A stretch of DNA of 64,000 bases, from NCBI RefSeq assembly GCF_006345805.1, contig NC_042998.1, forward strand, positions 197,594,001 to 197,658,000, in the 5' to 3' direction. Numbering within the stretch: position 1 is the first letter of the stretch; each line of letters starts with the position of its first letter. The notes under the pieces were generated by a model that saw nothing but the letters and a program-made list of their open reading frames with translations, was not told the origin of the DNA and did no database searches. The stretch comes from Octopus sinensis. Its lineage: Eukaryota. The translations under genes were made by a program, and so were the position numbers. Of this stretch, positions 63,555 to 64,000 are shown piece by piece.

Positions 63555-64000
63555 CATTATTATTCACTCTAGAGCTGCTTTTGGCTCTTTTACTGCAGAT
63601 TCTGCGTTTGCTGTCTGACTGAGTTTTGTTGCTCTTAGCCTTTGTTAGATTTGTCCAGATGGTCTGTTCCTGAGCATCTTTATCTCTTGTTTCAGGTTTC
63701 CATCGATCAGCCAAGTTATTATTAGTATTATAACTAAGGCAGTGAGCTGGCAGAATTGTTAGGATTCCAGGCAAAGTGCTTAGTGGCATTTCATTCATCG
63801 TTATGTTCTGAGTTTAAATTCTGCTGAGGTTGACTTTGCCTTTCATTTTTTCGGGGTCAGTAAAATAAGTACCAGTTGAGCACTGGGGATCAATATAACC
63901 GACTTAGCTCCTCCCCAAAATTTGCTAGTCTTGTGTCAAAATTTAGAATTACTATTATTATTATTATTATTTTATTGCCTTTGCACAGCTTCTAATGCTG

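Overview
Eukaryotic, repeat-rich genomic DNA, most likely an octopus (cephalopod mollusc). This is inferred from the tRNA-derived SINEs with (CAT)n and (AAAGAGT)n tails, the microsatellite density and the large GT-AG introns. Almost all ORFs in the supplied track are repeat artefacts. Reading splice sites by hand recovers three real split genes. (1) Minus strand, exons at 9960-9901, 6125-5927 and from 66 off the left edge: the N-terminus of an adenylate kinase 5 (AK5)-like protein with an RIIa/Dpy-30-type docking domain. (2) Plus strand, 10 exons, 10332-33620: a complete GPI-anchor transamidase catalytic subunit PIGK/GPI8 (354 aa, His/Cys dyad intact) that appears to stop before the C-terminal transmembrane helix. 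It sits head-to-head with AK5, with only 371 bp between the start codons. (3) Minus strand, 8 exons, 61201-38212, with the 5' end not located: a secreted protein with two tandem lipocalin domains. Each domain has the RBP4-type exon phases (0-2-1-1) and the short RBP4-type Cys loop, and domain 2 has the full six-Cys pattern. It converges tail-to-tail on PIGK. The introns hold at least four SINE families, RTE/CR1/Dong-R4 LINE fragments, a decayed mariner, piggyBac-, Tc2-, hAT- and Sola-type MITEs, Penelope-like remnants with hammerhead ribozyme motifs, and several long near-perfect hairpins. SINE and LINE coordinates are approximate. Comparisons with human proteins are recalled from memory and need database verification.
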